Part shown: positions 61,385-64,000 of the stretch, piece by piece
Layout: every line of letters begins with the position of its first letter
Position numbering within the stretch: position 1 is the stretch's first letter
The notes under the pieces: generated by a model
What the model saw: the letters and a program-made list of their open reading frames with translations, nothing else
The model's database searches: none
What the model was told of the DNA's origin: nothing
Translations under genes and position numbers: made by a program
NCBI GenBank assembly: GCA_951406725.2
Contig: OX597841.1
Coordinates: 20,212,001 to 20,276,000, forward strand
Origin: Octopus vulgaris
Taxonomy: Eukaryota
Reading direction: 5' to 3'
DNA: 64,000 nucleotides

Positions 61385-62010
61385 ACATTTGAACATTAGG
61401 CCTCACCGAGGCAATGACTAGTAACCGGGACCTTTGGAAATATGCTGTACTTGAGAAGACCCGGCAAGCCAAATGAAACCATAACCTCGTGGCCTATGCC
61501 AGGGATGTAACCAGCCCACTTATGCATACGTTTCCCTCATTGGACACTAAACTCTGCTTGCGAAGACCTGAGTGAAATCGAAATTGAAATTAAATTCAAT
61601 GACTGGCACTTGTGCCAGTGGATCGCTAAGAGCAACCTGGCTTCCGTGCCAGTGGCACATAAAAAGCACCATTGGAGCGTGATTGTTACCAGCGTCGCAT
61701 TACTGGCACATGAAAAAACATTTGAACAAGGTCATTGCCAGTGCAGCTGGACTGACTCCTGTGCAGATGGCACATAAAAAGCACCATTTGAGCATGACCG
61801 TTGCCAGTACCGCCTGACTGGCTCTCGTGCCGGTGGTACATAAAAGCACCCGCTACACTCCCGGAGTGGTTGGTGTTAGGAAGGGCATCCAGCTGTAGAA
61901 ACTCTGCCAGATCAGATTGGAGCCTGGTGCAGCCATCTGGTTTGCCAGTCCTCAGTCAAATTGTCCAACCCATGCCAGCATGGAAAGCATATGTTAAACG
62001 ATGATGATGA
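61385..62010 (+). mobile_element. RTE LINE 3' end with modular 3' UTR and (GAT)n tail
   Basis: TLGLTEAMTSNRDLWKYAVLEKTRQAK* followed by repeated gtgccagtggcacataaaaagcacc modules and the common tail. Confidence 0.8.
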
Positions 62011-64000
62011 TATATATATATCCTCCTGTATTTTCTTTTCAGTATCCCCTCATGTGTATATATGTGTGGTAACACATATAATTTCTTATGCATATTTAAT
62101 AATTAAGAAACTTGTATATTCATTAGCTGACTTTGTTTCCCATAAATACAGGATAATTGTAATATAATATGCAAACAATTACATTTACAGTTGTACACAC
62201 CCAGAGTGCATATGCATGCATGTAATCATTTACACACACACACACACGTACGGGCTCTGTTATCTGCACATAATGTAAGTAGGCTCCTTATGAATTACCA
62301 ACTGGTTATTATGTTGATGCATTGACATACATTCACTGATTATAGCAATGAAAGAGGCCTCTATGTAGAAGCTAAAATAGCTAGAAATAGTAGCTGAATG
62401 TCCCTGAAATCACATGTATTTTTTTTTTAAATGCATTGATAATATAATCTTGGATACAAAGAAAGAAAAAGAACCAGAAAAAACGTAAAACATAGGATGG
62501 TCATGGCTGGAATTAGTTTTCAACAAAACCTGAACAAAGATAAATTCTGCTTGTTCGTTTTTCCATTTTTTCCATGCTGGCATGGGTTAGATGAATATAT
62601 TATTGAGGCATTGTTTTACAGCCAGAACCCTTCTTGTCACTAACCCTTACATCTCTTTAAATGATTTTAAAGAATGAAGATGGCTCTTTACCCTACCTTT
62701 TATCTATTAAAATGTTTTGAAAACTTTATGAAGTTTGTTTCACCTTTAGTGCACTGTAGGTGCATCAGTTGTCATGAGGTTCTTGCTCAGCAATGGCAGG
62801 GGAAATGATTCTAGAGACAAATGCAATGTACTAAAGGTTAAAAAAGCACAACTGGAAACTTGCTACATCATCATCATCATCATCAATATCCACTTTTCCA
62901 TGCTTATATCAGTAAGACAGTCTTCATTAGGGCATATTTTCTAAAGCTTGATGCCTGTTTTGCTGCCAAGCTTCTTTGGTTTGTAAGCAAGATAATATTT
63001 CTCCTAATACTTCAAATGTGAGCATGATGGCCAGATGTGATTTTATCAGAGATTGCAAATAAACGACACTGAATGATGGTAACATTTACAAAGAGAAAAA
63101 GGCAGAAAACTCTTCACTAACCCTTTAACTTCACATGAATTTTGTAAGATAGGCTTCAATAAGATCACAACTTACTTTGATCATAGAAACACAATTATAG
63201 CAAAACTACAATTTGGTGCCGGACTGATAACTTTTTTAATAATCCTTTCTACTTAGGCTTGAAAATTTGGCAGAAGGTGCTTGTTGACTGCATTGGTACC
63301 TGTGCTCAACTGGTATTCATTTCATTGGCCATGAAAGGCTAAGTCACTGGTGGTGGTTTTTGAACTCAGGACGTAAAGCTGGAAGAAATGCCATTAAGTA
63401 ATTTGTCTGGAATGCTAATTAAGAAAATTACGTAGAAACTAAATGGAGTGAGAGTGCTACTTAAAAACTATTTTCACAAATGTTTTGACTTGCTTTTTTT
63501 TTTTTTTTCAAGGATGGAAGAGTGCTTTGATCGGTTAAACACTAATTGTGTAGATACAAAAAAAGAAACTGTGGCTATTTATATGGATGTAAAGTGGAAG
63601 TGTAAAACAAAAAAACTGAAATTCAGGCATGAAAATGAACTAGTGCAGCTACCACTGTTGCTGTTTAGCCCCAAGTCAGTCTTGATTGAGTAGACCTATG
63701 ATCAAATCCTTGACTATCATGTCTTTTTCTAAGACGGAGATTTGGAGATCGTTTTTATAATCATAAACTTACATATCCATAAAACATATATGATACATAT
63801 GTGATTGTGAGCGCCTGCTATCAGGCTTACTTACTGTGTAGAAGTCTCCCTCACTTGCTCATACATGAGACAGTATGATTGAACACAAGTCCTCAGCTGT
63901 CTTCTGCTTACATTATCCTCTGATCCTTGTGTTACCTCCTCTCAGGCCTACCTCACCAACTTCTCCCTTCTGTTGTATCCACCTTGCTCGGGCTTTGTAC

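Overview
Eukaryotic, AT-rich, microsatellite- and transposon-dense animal DNA. It is most likely an octopus or other coleoid cephalopod; this is inferred from the tRNA-derived SINE families and (TA)n/(CA)n landscape and was not verified by search. The window holds a complete 8-coding-exon gene on the + strand for the catalytic subunit of protein phosphatase 4 (PPP4C; ATG 12568 to TGA 36704; 924 nt spliced CDS = 307 aa, ending DYFL). It also holds the first coding exon of a flotillin-2 gene (54520-54568, +), whose later exons I could not find in the window. Introns and intergenic DNA are filled with decayed mobile elements: a Gypsy LTR retrotransposon, a Tx1/L1-type LINE, RTE and CR1/L2 LINE fragments, Penelope-like elements, a Tc1/mariner relic, piggyBac- and hAT-type MITEs and many SINEs. 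The most notable signal not explained by the ORF track is a dispersed set of type I hammerhead ribozyme motifs tied to Penelope-like relics and foldback repeats. Two have an intact core (4199-4259, 13175-13214), two share a U4C core variant (5671-5746, 59479-59548), and several are decayed. Other highlights: a 5-kb nested-insertion hAT element making up most of one PPP4C intron, an LTR with TATA and splice donor just upstream of PPP4C coding exon 2, a tRNA-like Pol III cassette inside inverted repeats, and a triple repeat upstream of PPP4C carrying miR-183/263-type seed complements. No CRISPR array, rRNA or convincing intact tRNA gene was seen.
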